Program-made: the position numbers and the translations under genes
The notes under the pieces: model-generated
What the model saw: the letters and a program-made list of their open reading frames with translations, nothing else
Told to the model about the DNA's origin: nothing
Databases searched by the model: none
Shown here: piece after piece, positions 28,180-37,979 of the stretch
How positions within the stretch are numbered: the stretch's first letter is position 1
Layout: each line of letters begins with the position of its first letter
Virus record (IMG/VR): IMGVR_UViG_3300029288_005873
Location: 288,001 to 352,000 of that record
Length of the DNA: 64,000 nucleotides
Direction: 5' to 3' (one strand)
Source of the DNA: a virus
Taxonomy: Duplodnaviria; Caudoviricetes

Positions 28180-31008
28180 TCATATACCGAGCAGTGTACG
28201 CATCTGCCCATCTGTTATCTCCTGGGTGGGATTTGCGAAACCTGCCTTTTTTAAATATGTGGTAATAAGAATACGCATACTCTGTGATGGTATTAAGTTA
28301 CCATATCCATCATCCAATATATCTTTTACCTTAATCATGAGTAAAGAAGTTGATGGATCATAGTACATTCCAACAACATCATCTATATTTCCACCCATGG
28401 GTACTGGCCATGAATTTGTAACAGATTGAAGAGATGCTGATATGCGTACTTTCCCAGAGGAAAAATCTCCCACCTGAACGAAACTCCTATCACTATATTT
28501 CATTGCTGGAAAACCCATCGCTGTTTTACCATTAGAGGATTCAGCTACAAAGGAATCAAACAACAGAAAACCAACATATCCATCAAGAATGGTTGGACTT
28601 CCGTATGAATCTGTAACAGGTATTCTCAAGGATAGATGCGAAACCTCAAAATCAAGAGGATGTGGTGTATTATCAGGTTTCAACACATATCCGTCGAGAA
28701 GTAAGTTTCCTGGTACAAAATAGTCATTCCTACCACCATAACACAAGTCACCATCAGGCTTCTCAGTAAAAGTTGTCGGAGCAAGCCTACTCATGTCGCA
28801 TATGTCGATTCTGTCGGGCAACCAGGTTCGAAAATAATCTATCTGCCAGATTATATCTGAGAAAGGTAGCGTCTGGAAAGCTGTATTGTCTGATGGTATA
28901 TCTGCTGTTGTAGAGAGTGGGTCAAGCTTATTTTCCACTTGTACAACCATTCTTTGGAAAGAAGATCCAGCCGGAAAAGTGGCAATAGTTTTGTCCAGAA
29001 AATCCTGAATCAAAGCGAGGTCGGTCGCATCTACTTTTCCATCACCATTCACGTCCGCACGAAGTATCTTATCCAAAGATATTAAACCTTGGATAAGTTT
29101 ATCTTGTGTTCCGCCAGGAGTTCCATCTGAAAGGTCATATCCATCCGGCATCCAGGATGCTACAATAGCTAAATCATCATCTGTTACTTCTCCATCTCCA
29201 TTAACATCCCCATATGCATCAGTATATAAATCTGTTGATACAATTCTATATTCATAACTTGACGATGAATCTGGAAGCAGGATAGATCCTACAGCATTAT
29301 TAGATAATAGGTCAGCATCAGGAGAAATAACATATAATCTATCACCATATACGGCTCCAGCAAGAGTTGTATTTCCAGATATGGATGTTGGATTACCTCT
29401 TGGATTTGTATCCTTTGCTCTAGCTAAAGCCAGTGGCACAATATCACTAGCCAAAAGGGTCTGAAAATCAGTATCATCTGTTGTGGATATTGATGGTGAT
29501 GGAGCAACCCTAGAGGATATATTATTACCAGTACGCGGATCCTGTCTCGGAGAACTATATGTTGATTGGACTTCAACAATCACAAAGTTCTTTGTATTTC
29601 TGGCTGTAGTCACCATTGGAACCGAGGCAACAAAATATGGTTGTTCAACACCACTAGAGTCAGCCATGAGGCGCGGAATTTCAACCCCGATTCCGTCCTG
29701 ATATGCTGTACCATCTGATACCTTCAAATAGTCTCCATGTACTTCGAACCACATATCGCTTTCATAAACATTAACCCATTGTGTTCCATCATAAACAACC
29801 ATGTAACCATTACTTGCAGTATGGACAGCTTCTTCCAGTAGGATTGTTCCCACATTTGCATTTCCTGCGCGCCCAATTGTAAGAACATAATATCTTCCAA
29901 TTTCCACTGGCGAAATCAATGGGTCTGCCACAGATGTTTCTGTAAGAACAAAATCAATTTTACGCGCATAGCCATCAAGAACGATGCCTTGGTTTGCAAA
30001 ATCGTTGGCATCCAATGACAGTTGCGCAAGTACTGTTGGATCCGGGTCAAAATCTTCCAAGTTATCAGGGGTGGGTTTTACTGGACAGTCTACGGTTGTC
30101 TGAAGAGCATATAAACCAAGAATAATCTGACCAGACCAATTGTACTCATTACCTGGAAGAGCCGAGTCGTCCCTTTTCACTGACAGGAGCACAGATATTT
30201 TCTGAATGTTTGTCCCACTAGCAAGGAATTTTTGTCCTATCCTAGTGGTTACGTCATCTGGAGCAAGCTCACGCTGATCTACTGAAGCAAGCTCTATATC
30301 GAGATCCGACACCGATCTTGATGGACCGATTATATCTTGTAGCAATTCTGTCAACGTTGTGGTGGAATCACCCACTTTGAAATTTACGAAAAACTGGTTA
30401 GGCTGAGCTGTCTGCCAGGCCATTAGGCTGTCAGAAGACACCTCCATTGGTTTTGTTTCGCGTATGACGCATTGCCCAACAAGCTGATATCCATTCATAG
30501 CTGGGTCTAGACTTCCAAACAAATTTCCCGCAAAATCGTTGAATAAAATCCCAAGAATTTCACGATAACGATTGTGTGTAACCTGTGTGCCATTCTCTTC
30601 AAATACAAGATCGTCATGTACAAGAGAACCACCAAAAGTCTCGCCAATTATCGAAACTTTTGTTGACATTGAACCAGAAAGCGCCGTTCCAGATATCGTA
30701 ACAGCTAACATGACACCATCTACAACATCTGAAACCTGCTGTAGACCGGATCCTATGTACACATTCTGTCCATCAAAACTGTATGCATCTAGAAGTGCTT
30801 GTTGCTGAGAGTTTAAGCTTGACGAATCAAATATTATGGGTGGAGATGCAGCATCACCAACCACACCACTGCCGAAGAAATTTGCTACAGTGGCTGCATC
30901 TATGCCGACATTTCTGCTCTGTTCATCACGCATATCGTTGCGCGTAAGTTGCATTCCGTCGTAGTAATTAACCCTTGTCAGGTTTACCGGCAAACGTGTC
31001 GTGCTCAT
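28180..31008 (-). CDS. Baseplate/tail protein containing a dockerin-like duplicated Ca-binding motif
   Basis: N-terminal RVNYYDG.......EQ typical of proteins following baseplate wedges; GDVNGDGEVTDDDL and ADVNGDGKVDATDLALI. Confidence 0.7.
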   Translation of the reverse strand: MSTTRLPVNLTRVNYYDGMQLTRNDMRDEQSRNVGIDAATVANFFGSGVVGDAASPPIIFDSSSLNSQQQALLDAYSFDGQNVYIGSGLQQVSDVVDGVMLAVTISGTALSGSMSTKVSIIGETFGGSLVHDDLVFEENGTQVTHNRYREILGILFNDFAGNLFGSLDPAMNGYQLVGQCVIRETKPMEVSSDSLMAWQTAQPNQFFVNFKVGDSTTTLTELLQDIIGPSRSVSDLDIELASVDQRELAPDDVTTRIGQKFLASGTNIQKISVLLSVKRDDSALPGNEYNWSGQIILGLYALQTTVDCPVKPTPDNLEDFDPDPTVLAQLSLDANDFANQGIVLDGYARKIDFVLTETSVADPLISPVEIGRYYVLTIGRAGNANVGTILLEEAVHTASNGYMVVYDGTQWVNVYESDMWFEVHGDYLKVSDGTAYQDGIGVEIPRLMADSSGVEQPYFVASVPMVTTARNTKNFVIVEVQSTYSSPRQDPRTGNNISSRVAPSPSISTTDDTDFQTLLASDIVPLALARAKDTNPRGNPTSISGNTTLAGAVYGDRLYVISPDADLLSNNAVGSILLPDSSSSYEYRIVSTDLYTDAYGDVNGDGEVTDDDLAIVASWMPDGYDLSDGTPGGTQDKLIQGLISLDKILRADVNGDGKVDATDLALIQDFLDKTIATFPAGSSFQRMVVQVENKLDPLSTTADIPSDNTAFQTLPFSDIIWQIDYFRTWLPDRIDICDMSRLAPTTFTEKPDGDLCYGGRNDYFVPGNLLLDGYVLKPDNTPHPLDFEVSHLSLRIPVTDSYGSPTILDGYVGFLLFDSFVAESSNGKTAMGFPAMKYSDRSFVQVGDFSSGKVRISASLQSVTNSWPVPMGGNIDDVVGMYYDPSTSLLMIKVKDILDDGYGNLIPSQSMRILITTYLKKAGFANPTQEITDGQMRTLLGI

Positions 31009-31038
31009 GAAAAATCCTCCTGGCTATAACTGTAGCCC

Positions 31039-34000
31039 TTAACAGCCACTACTGTCTCCAAAATCAACAAACCCTCTAGTATGCGCTGGCTTAAGTCTTT
31101 CAATTAGTTTTACAATCAAGTCTTTGACATCCTGATTTGGTATAAGATGGAACGAATCGATGACAGTGACGAAAAAGTCAAAAATTCCAGCGGCATCATC
31201 ATGGACATTAGCCAAATGCTCAACAAGACTTTCCTCTGTATCAAAATCGAGAAGCAGTGTAGTAAGCGCATCATCAATAACTGGTTGAGCTGTATCCGTA
31301 TTACTGGTGTATAACAAATCATAACCTATAAGCTGTCCAGGACCACTTCCGCCGAGATATGATATTGGTCTAATCTCGTCTGAAAAACGTAGATTATCAA
31401 TTTTGGACATCGCTGGGAACTGTCCAGTAAAATCTCCGCCAATATACACTGTGGAAAAGAAATCAGTCATGTTTATATCAGCTAGAATATTCCTAGAAGC
31501 CTGTGTACCTGCTATTGCCTGACCCCAAATACCAGACATCCCATATCTTATTCCAGTTCCATACCTAAGCCCAGTTCCATACCTTATAGTTCCTCTTTCT
31601 GATCCATCTACCATAAGAATAAGTCTATCTTGATTATCTGAGTTGTTTAAACTCCATCCAACAAAAATACGGTGCCATGTGTTCTTTTTCCAATATATTG
31701 GAGCAGATATCTGGTAATCCGTTCCAGATGCTGTTACCAGAAGAACCAAGAAGCCATTTTCGTCTTTGAAGATACTAAACCGGTCCCCTTGGCTTGTTAT
31801 TGGAACATAGGTCACAATAGGTTGGCTATTTACGGGAATTGGCTGACCAAGATGAATGGTTACACCATCCGAATCTAAAGAGCCACCTGTGAAAAAGTTA
31901 GTATCATTCCCAGGTATAGTCACAGAACTAACAGATCGAGCTCTAACAGGAATGCTAACCACTAGAGATGATAAAACATTTCCAGAAACAAATTGATCCG
32001 TACTAAGGTCAATGAAATATCTTCGCGCAGGATCATTATAAGTATCCATTATAGGATTTGCCCAAAATTCTATAGTTCCAGAATTATTGAAGAAAATACC
32101 TTTATTATCTAAAGCCATTGAACTGGCTTTGTCAAATACAGCTGATTGTCCAAATAAACTATTGACACTACTCGAACTCTGAAAATATGATTGCGAAAAA
32201 CCAGCATAAAATCCAGCCTTATTTTCTAGGCAACCGTTGAAATGATACAAAGCAAGAGATTGCGTGGTCGGTACAAGTTCACGTACACTGTTTGCTTCAG
32301 AGGTTATACTTATTCCAGAACTTGGAAGCACTTCGCCAATCCCGGTGTCTGTTAGCATTTCCCCAAGTATATGCATCTCATCAATTACCGCAGAGGCTTG
32401 ATTGGCTCCATTCATGTCTGAACCTACATATAAAGTCTCTGGAATCTCGTCGAATAGAATTACAGCATAGCTTGGGAAGTCGACCTCATACCAGCAATTG
32501 CCCAACAGAAAAGGAAGACCGCCGCTATTGGCTATCTCCAATGTTATCAATCCATTAGCAAAACCAGAATCCGAAAACGATAGGTTAAGCATTTGCCATT
32601 TCAAACCCGAATAAGATCCAGACACTGCCGTACCAGACAGAATTACTGTATCAGAATCCTTAACAATACCAGAAGGATCAAGCGGTACATCTGTTATAAC
32701 AAACACTTGTCCAGAGCCAGAAGGCAAAGGAGTCTCAATATATATGAGTTTATTGATATCTTCCGCTCCAAAGCGCGAATATCCATCAGAGAATGTTTTT
32801 GTACTTCCAATCTGAAGAATCCCGTCAGAACCAGCCTGCTCTACGACTGAAAGCCTGATTTGGGCATAATCACCGCCATTTTCGGATTGTGTGATAGGAG
32901 AAGCTTCACGTATCTCAATAGCACCAGCTGATTTTGTAATATCCAATGGTGTAAAAGCTGCTGATATACTTGTTATTGATGTAAAGAATTGTGTAGTAGT
33001 TTGTGTTCCAACCTGTGCAAATGTAAGAGTTTCTGCTCCAGACGATACAGATGTCCCATTACTGACGTCACCAGTGATGATGACCTGATTTAAACCGCTG
33101 AAATCAAAATTATCACCAGTGATATTCACAGAAAACCTTCGACCCGTAGCCAAATTGCTTGGTTGACAGAATGGTAAGTTTGAAACAAGTGCTTGAACAG
33201 CGTGTCCTCCAACAACAGTTGCTATCAAGGCAAAAGAGCCAGCTTCTATATTAATACGCCTGGTTATTATATTCGTAATCCTGATTTTCGAAACAGCTGT
33301 TGGCTGCGGCATTATTGTTTTAATCAGGTTTGTTCTTCTATATGGCCAAATATATGCAAGTTGTTTACTACGTTGCTGAGTTAAACCATAAGAATACAAT
33401 ACAACATCATACCCTATTGGAACACCATTATTTACAACAACATAATCTTGGTAGCCATCGCGCAAAAAAGAATAATCTGGATCAAGGGCATTAGGAGAAC
33501 GCAGCTCAGTTTCAACACCAGTAGGAGAAACAGAATATACCCTTACCTTCTCTATTAATGGATCTGAAACAGTTTCTAGAACAAGTCTATTTACAGAATA
33601 TTTAACATCAGTCAATGTTGAAATGGCATAATATGGTAAACCCCCACACTCAAGTCTTAGTGTGTTTTCATCAACAACCTCTGAAACAAGGACATATGGA
33701 GGAACAACTGTGCGCGTATTTGTTCCATCTGCTGTATTGTCCAATATTGTGAACCTATCCCCAGGCACAATTCCGTCTGTAACAAATGTCGCTCCAGACG
33801 AACGAAAAATGTCTGAACCAGAAAAGGTTACCATGTCTTGTCCGCCGACAGTGGCTGAATAAGCATCTGCTAGAAGTATCTCTCCAGCAGTATCCATATA
33901 TTTAACACCACCAGTAGATGGAACGGGAAGGTATCCAGCAAACCTATATGTGTTTGGCACTTCACGTCCATCGACAAAAAGATGTAGTTCATCGCGCTGT

Positions 34001-37000
34001 TCGACAGTTCCTACTTTCCATGATACTGCGACTGCATGCGTGTCTCCAGCTTCCCAGTCACGAATATTTGTACTTATTGTTTTAAGTCTACCATTATGGT
34101 CGTTAACCTTGTAGCGAAGGAATCCGTGTCCATCTTTAAACAAGGACATACGGTCAATATTCTCAGAAACTCCAGTATCGAAGACAAAGTGTACATTGTC
34201 GGACTGAAAGTCTATACCGTCAAAAGCTGCCCAAGTTCCACTTCCATATGCGTCAAATGGAAGATTTACGATGTCCCACCCATCAACCGTAAATGAAAAC
34301 TCAACCAAGGAATCGGTAGACCTGATAAAATCATTGATTTCATCCCCGCCGTAGCCGTCTGCGGGCGCAATTCCATCAACCGAAGAAGCCACCTCTACCT
34401 CTGAGAATTGTCCTGTTGATGTAATCTGTCCATCAAAGAGTCGAGCTTCATCAATTGGAGCTCTTACGCGCAAACGCCATTTTTTTGCCGTGCTGTCGTA
34501 CCAAATAAAATATCCATTTTCACTGTGTAAAGTTAAAGGTCTCCCTAAAACCAATGGATCGGTGCGATCTAAGGTGAACGGTATATCTTCTGGATTGTAG
34601 GAACTAGAGCCTACAAATACTTTGGATGGCATCCTATATCCATCAAAAAGGATGTCGAATGTTAGAGATGCATCATTATCTATTCCAGACCAAAGAGGAG
34701 TAAGTTGACATTCCCATGTCCCTTCGGAAAAGCGCATATTCGATGTAGCTGGAAGTGTAGCAGTTTGTCCAGAACTATCCAAAAGAATGCCATCTCCAAA
34801 TTTGCCTGGAGCAAATGCGGGGTCAAATGAAACACCAGGAGTTCCTTCGGCTACCATTGGAATAAGGTTAAGATAGTCACGCCCAAGTATCCATTCAAAA
34901 AATACAGATTCTTCGATTGTTGGATCAATTGATGTAAATGCGCTCACCAGTCTTTTAATAGCTGGAATGGTTGGACCTTGTAGAAAAGATTGAAGAGATC
35001 CAACTAAGGCTGCGCGGTATATTTCCCTATTAAGGTTTAATGGGGCTGTCGATAGTTCATCTATACCAGTAAGTACACCAAAATTGTCCCTCAACGAGTT
35101 ACGTAATGCGCCGTATCTATAACTTACATAATATGTAGATCCTTCAGAAAGCGTATCGGATATGCTCCAATCAAGAACATTGTCCCCATATTCATAGCTG
35201 ACAAGGATTTCGTCTGCCAAATATGTGTAATCTATGAAAATATCTCCAGGAGTATAGTCTACAATAACTGCTGCCCCAGGAACCAAAGCAGCCCTATATC
35301 GCGCTTCAACCATTGATCCTATGGCACTATCAGGTGTTCCAGTTGGTAAGTATATACGATTGGAGTTGGCATCGATATAGCCATCCGATCCAAGAGCAAA
35401 TAGATTTGCCCCAGTTATCATATCAATAATCCAATATTCTCGTAAAAGAAAAGATGGATCAGCTGGTTTATTAACCATAAAGGCAAGCTGAGTTATCCCT
35501 GACACTATTCCAGAAAGTCTAGTAACCTCCACAAATTTCCTGGATCCATCAGACTGGACCTCAAGTCCTAAGCCGCTTCCAATATCAACTACTGGAACTC
35601 CGTCCTGATCCATTACAATAGTTGTTGGCTGGGATGACGATATTGAAGATCCCGATACAAAATCAACTGGGCTATCAGAGGTACGCAGATCAGTAACTTG
35701 GAAAATATGTCTAACACGCAAAGCATTTTTCGATACAGTTACCGTATTTCCAGCCGAACCATTTGTAACAAGTATTGGATCTCCATCAACATCTGACTCT
35801 CCCACATGTTCTAGATCACTAATTCCAACCGTATCATCTCCAATAGAACCTATTGAAAAAGTTTTTATGTTATCAGATTTTGTGCTCGCACTCCTATATA
35901 TATTTGATACTTCTGTAATATGTCCATTGTATGTCTTTACAGTTCCAAAACGGTATGATGCGTCTCCTATGTCCGTATCACTTCCAGAAAGTACAGCCAC
36001 GTAAGCTATGCCATTTACATAATCGACCATAAAGTCTCCTACCCCTTGGAGACGCTGAAGGTTTTCATCCTCTGTTCCGCTTGGGTCGAAGTACATTTCA
36101 CGTACAAAAGTCGAAGTATCAGAAAATGTCAAAGAAGAGTTAAAACTAGCCCCTATGTAGTCACCCGTTGCAGCTGCTATGTCTGCATCCTGGAGTTCAA
36201 CCTTAAATGCAACAAAGGCTTTAGAAGGAATGGTTATCTCATCAGATACAACAATTTGAGCTTGTGTATGTTCGTCAAATGTGGCAGCTTCCCTTATTAC
36301 GGAAAAAAGCCTTGGCGGTTGTGAGGACTCAAAAAAGACCTGATTCCCCGAAATCCTGGATACATTATAGAGTTCTCCCGTGGTCTCATTAAAGATGCGA
36401 AAAACCTCATTTACGGGACCATGAAGAGTCCTGAGCCCAAAATTGCCTATTAACCTATTATCAATACGTTCATCTATACTTTCGACATGCGAGGAGAACG
36501 CAAAATCTGTGCCCTCAGCAAAAGCTTCTTCATATTCAAAAGATATAGTAGCAGCTTCTCCATCCAAATCCCGCCCCGGTACTACTGCTATCTCCCACAA
36601 ATCACTGGAGAAATTGTAGTCAAGTCCATCCTGAAATGTGCGAAGAAAATAGTATGTAGCAACTGGTGGCACAACTGTTGTTCCGTCTGTACCAGTACCA
36701 TCAACACCAAAAACTATAACCTGACCAGTGCTGTAGTTGACCGCAAACTCACCAGGGCTGGTCGGCAAACTGGATTCACTAAATGGTATTTCAACCAAAA
36801 AGGCTGGATGTTTTGTAGATGGATCGAAATTAACTGCTGGATTCAGCCATATTATTCCTCCAGATGTCACAGTATTGCCAAGCTGATCGACAATAGGCGC
36901 ATGGTTCAAAAAGAAAGATGTTGCAACAGCCGGAACACTTTCTCTTGGCACTAATACAACAGATGTTATAACCACTGTTGACGCATCAGGAGAAATACCA

Positions 37001-37962
37001 AGTTTTTTGTATATATATCCAACTTCTATGGTATCGTTACCCTGTGGCATCGGAAAAGTTGGTCCAACTGCCGCAGTACTTAGACGTATCTGATTAACAT
37101 CAATATCAAGTGCTGGATAAGCATTTTGACTATCATATTTGCTTTCAGATATTCCATACCTATATGTGCTTATATCATATGTATATCTGTTCGTACCTCT
37201 AACAAGCACTATTGAAGATACCGATATAACTGGGCTTTTAGAAACAGATATGAGCAAACCATCAAAACCGTTACCACTTCCAGATGTATTTGACACAATC
37301 TCACTTGATACAGAAGTTTGCTGTAGACTTACTGGGTCTAGTGGAAATTGATCATACTGTATTGATCCGTCCAAATTAGCATTTGTGGTTGAGGCTCCAG
37401 CACGCAGTAGCTTAAACACCCCCTCATTGGCAAATCTGTCATATGGACCAGAACCTCGGACAATTTCTTCATCTACTACATCTATGGAAACGTAATTCGC
37501 AGCTCCGACTTCATTGGCAGAATGTTTTGCGTCCTCTATTTCATCTGCTGTTGGCATAATAAGATTACGCAACAGTGATCCTGAAGATGGGTCATATATA
37601 GATGGCAACGAATCGGTCATGGATTTGAAAGTGTCGCTTTCCTCCTCCATGCCTACAAAAAATAGATGATTAGTAGCGCCGTCTTCAACAAGCCTTTCCC
37701 CATGAGCACCTTGGAAAGGCTGACTGTCAGTCGACCCCAAAACCATCTCATACAAGGAACCTGATACCATTGGCTGAGTATAAACGGTCATATTCCATTT
37801 GGATATGGACACCGATTTAACGTCAATACCAGAAGTAGTTCCTCCAGCTCCATTTATGACAATATTGGCTACACCAATATTCTGGTCAAGGCTAGCCGTA
37901 AAAGTTAGCTCGATGGAGGAGCTGGTCAAAACTGTCAGTTTTGTGGCGCGCAGATTAGCCAT
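31039..37962 (-). CDS. Giant baseplate wedge/tail protein with LamG-like domains
   Basis: YRAAL..SF.QGPTIPAIKRLV and C-terminal LKPAHT wedge motifs; EGTWE/SGTIEFW, HAVAVSW, WHRIFVGW, LFVDG, IDEMHI/IDNLRFS LamG-like signatures. Confidence 0.75.
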   Translation of the reverse strand: MANLRATKLTVLTSSSIELTFTASLDQNIGVANIVINGAGGTTSGIDVKSVSISKWNMTVYTQPMVSGSLYEMVLGSTDSQPFQGAHGERLVEDGATNHLFFVGMEEESDTFKSMTDSLPSIYDPSSGSLLRNLIMPTADEIEDAKHSANEVGAANYVSIDVVDEEIVRGSGPYDRFANEGVFKLLRAGASTTNANLDGSIQYDQFPLDPVSLQQTSVSSEIVSNTSGSGNGFDGLLISVSKSPVISVSSIVLVRGTNRYTYDISTYRYGISESKYDSQNAYPALDIDVNQIRLSTAAVGPTFPMPQGNDTIEVGYIYKKLGISPDASTVVITSVVLVPRESVPAVATSFFLNHAPIVDQLGNTVTSGGIIWLNPAVNFDPSTKHPAFLVEIPFSESSLPTSPGEFAVNYSTGQVIVFGVDGTGTDGTTVVPPVATYYFLRTFQDGLDYNFSSDLWEIAVVPGRDLDGEAATISFEYEEAFAEGTDFAFSSHVESIDERIDNRLIGNFGLRTLHGPVNEVFRIFNETTGELYNVSRISGNQVFFESSQPPRLFSVIREAATFDEHTQAQIVVSDEITIPSKAFVAFKVELQDADIAAATGDYIGASFNSSLTFSDTSTFVREMYFDPSGTEDENLQRLQGVGDFMVDYVNGIAYVAVLSGSDTDIGDASYRFGTVKTYNGHITEVSNIYRSASTKSDNIKTFSIGSIGDDTVGISDLEHVGESDVDGDPILVTNGSAGNTVTVSKNALRVRHIFQVTDLRTSDSPVDFVSGSSISSSQPTTIVMDQDGVPVVDIGSGLGLEVQSDGSRKFVEVTRLSGIVSGITQLAFMVNKPADPSFLLREYWIIDMITGANLFALGSDGYIDANSNRIYLPTGTPDSAIGSMVEARYRAALVPGAAVIVDYTPGDIFIDYTYLADEILVSYEYGDNVLDWSISDTLSEGSTYYVSYRYGALRNSLRDNFGVLTGIDELSTAPLNLNREIYRAALVGSLQSFLQGPTIPAIKRLVSAFTSIDPTIEESVFFEWILGRDYLNLIPMVAEGTPGVSFDPAFAPGKFGDGILLDSSGQTATLPATSNMRFSEGTWECQLTPLWSGIDNDASLTFDILFDGYRMPSKVFVGSSSYNPEDIPFTLDRTDPLVLGRPLTLHSENGYFIWYDSTAKKWRLRVRAPIDEARLFDGQITSTGQFSEVEVASSVDGIAPADGYGGDEINDFIRSTDSLVEFSFTVDGWDIVNLPFDAYGSGTWAAFDGIDFQSDNVHFVFDTGVSENIDRMSLFKDGHGFLRYKVNDHNGRLKTISTNIRDWEAGDTHAVAVSWKVGTVEQRDELHLFVDGREVPNTYRFAGYLPVPSTGGVKYMDTAGEILLADAYSATVGGQDMVTFSGSDIFRSSGATFVTDGIVPGDRFTILDNTADGTNTRTVVPPYVLVSEVVDENTLRLECGGLPYYAISTLTDVKYSVNRLVLETVSDPLIEKVRVYSVSPTGVETELRSPNALDPDYSFLRDGYQDYVVVNNGVPIGYDVVLYSYGLTQQRSKQLAYIWPYRRTNLIKTIMPQPTAVSKIRITNIITRRINIEAGSFALIATVVGGHAVQALVSNLPFCQPSNLATGRRFSVNITGDNFDFSGLNQVIITGDVSNGTSVSSGAETLTFAQVGTQTTTQFFTSITSISAAFTPLDITKSAGAIEIREASPITQSENGGDYAQIRLSVVEQAGSDGILQIGSTKTFSDGYSRFGAEDINKLIYIETPLPSGSGQVFVITDVPLDPSGIVKDSDTVILSGTAVSGSYSGLKWQMLNLSFSDSGFANGLITLEIANSGGLPFLLGNCWYEVDFPSYAVILFDEIPETLYVGSDMNGANQASAVIDEMHILGEMLTDTGIGEVLPSSGISITSEANSVRELVPTTQSLALYHFNGCLENKAGFYAGFSQSYFQSSSSVNSLFGQSAVFDKASSMALDNKGIFFNNSGTIEFWANPIMDTYNDPARRYFIDLSTDQFVSGNVLSSLVVSIPVRARSVSSVTIPGNDTNFFTGGSLDSDGVTIHLGQPIPVNSQPIVTYVPITSQGDRFSIFKDENGFLVLLVTASGTDYQISAPIYWKKNTWHRIFVGWSLNNSDNQDRLILMVDGSERGTIRYGTGLRYGTGIRYGMSGIWGQAIAGTQASRNILADINMTDFFSTVYIGGDFTGQFPAMSKIDNLRFSDEIRPISYLGGSGPGQLIGYDLLYTSNTDTAQPVIDDALTTLLLDFDTEESLVEHLANVHDDAAGIFDFFVTVIDSFHLIPNQDVKDLIVKLIERLKPAHTRGFVDFGDSSGC

Positions 37963-37979
37963 TTTTCAACCCCATGTGT

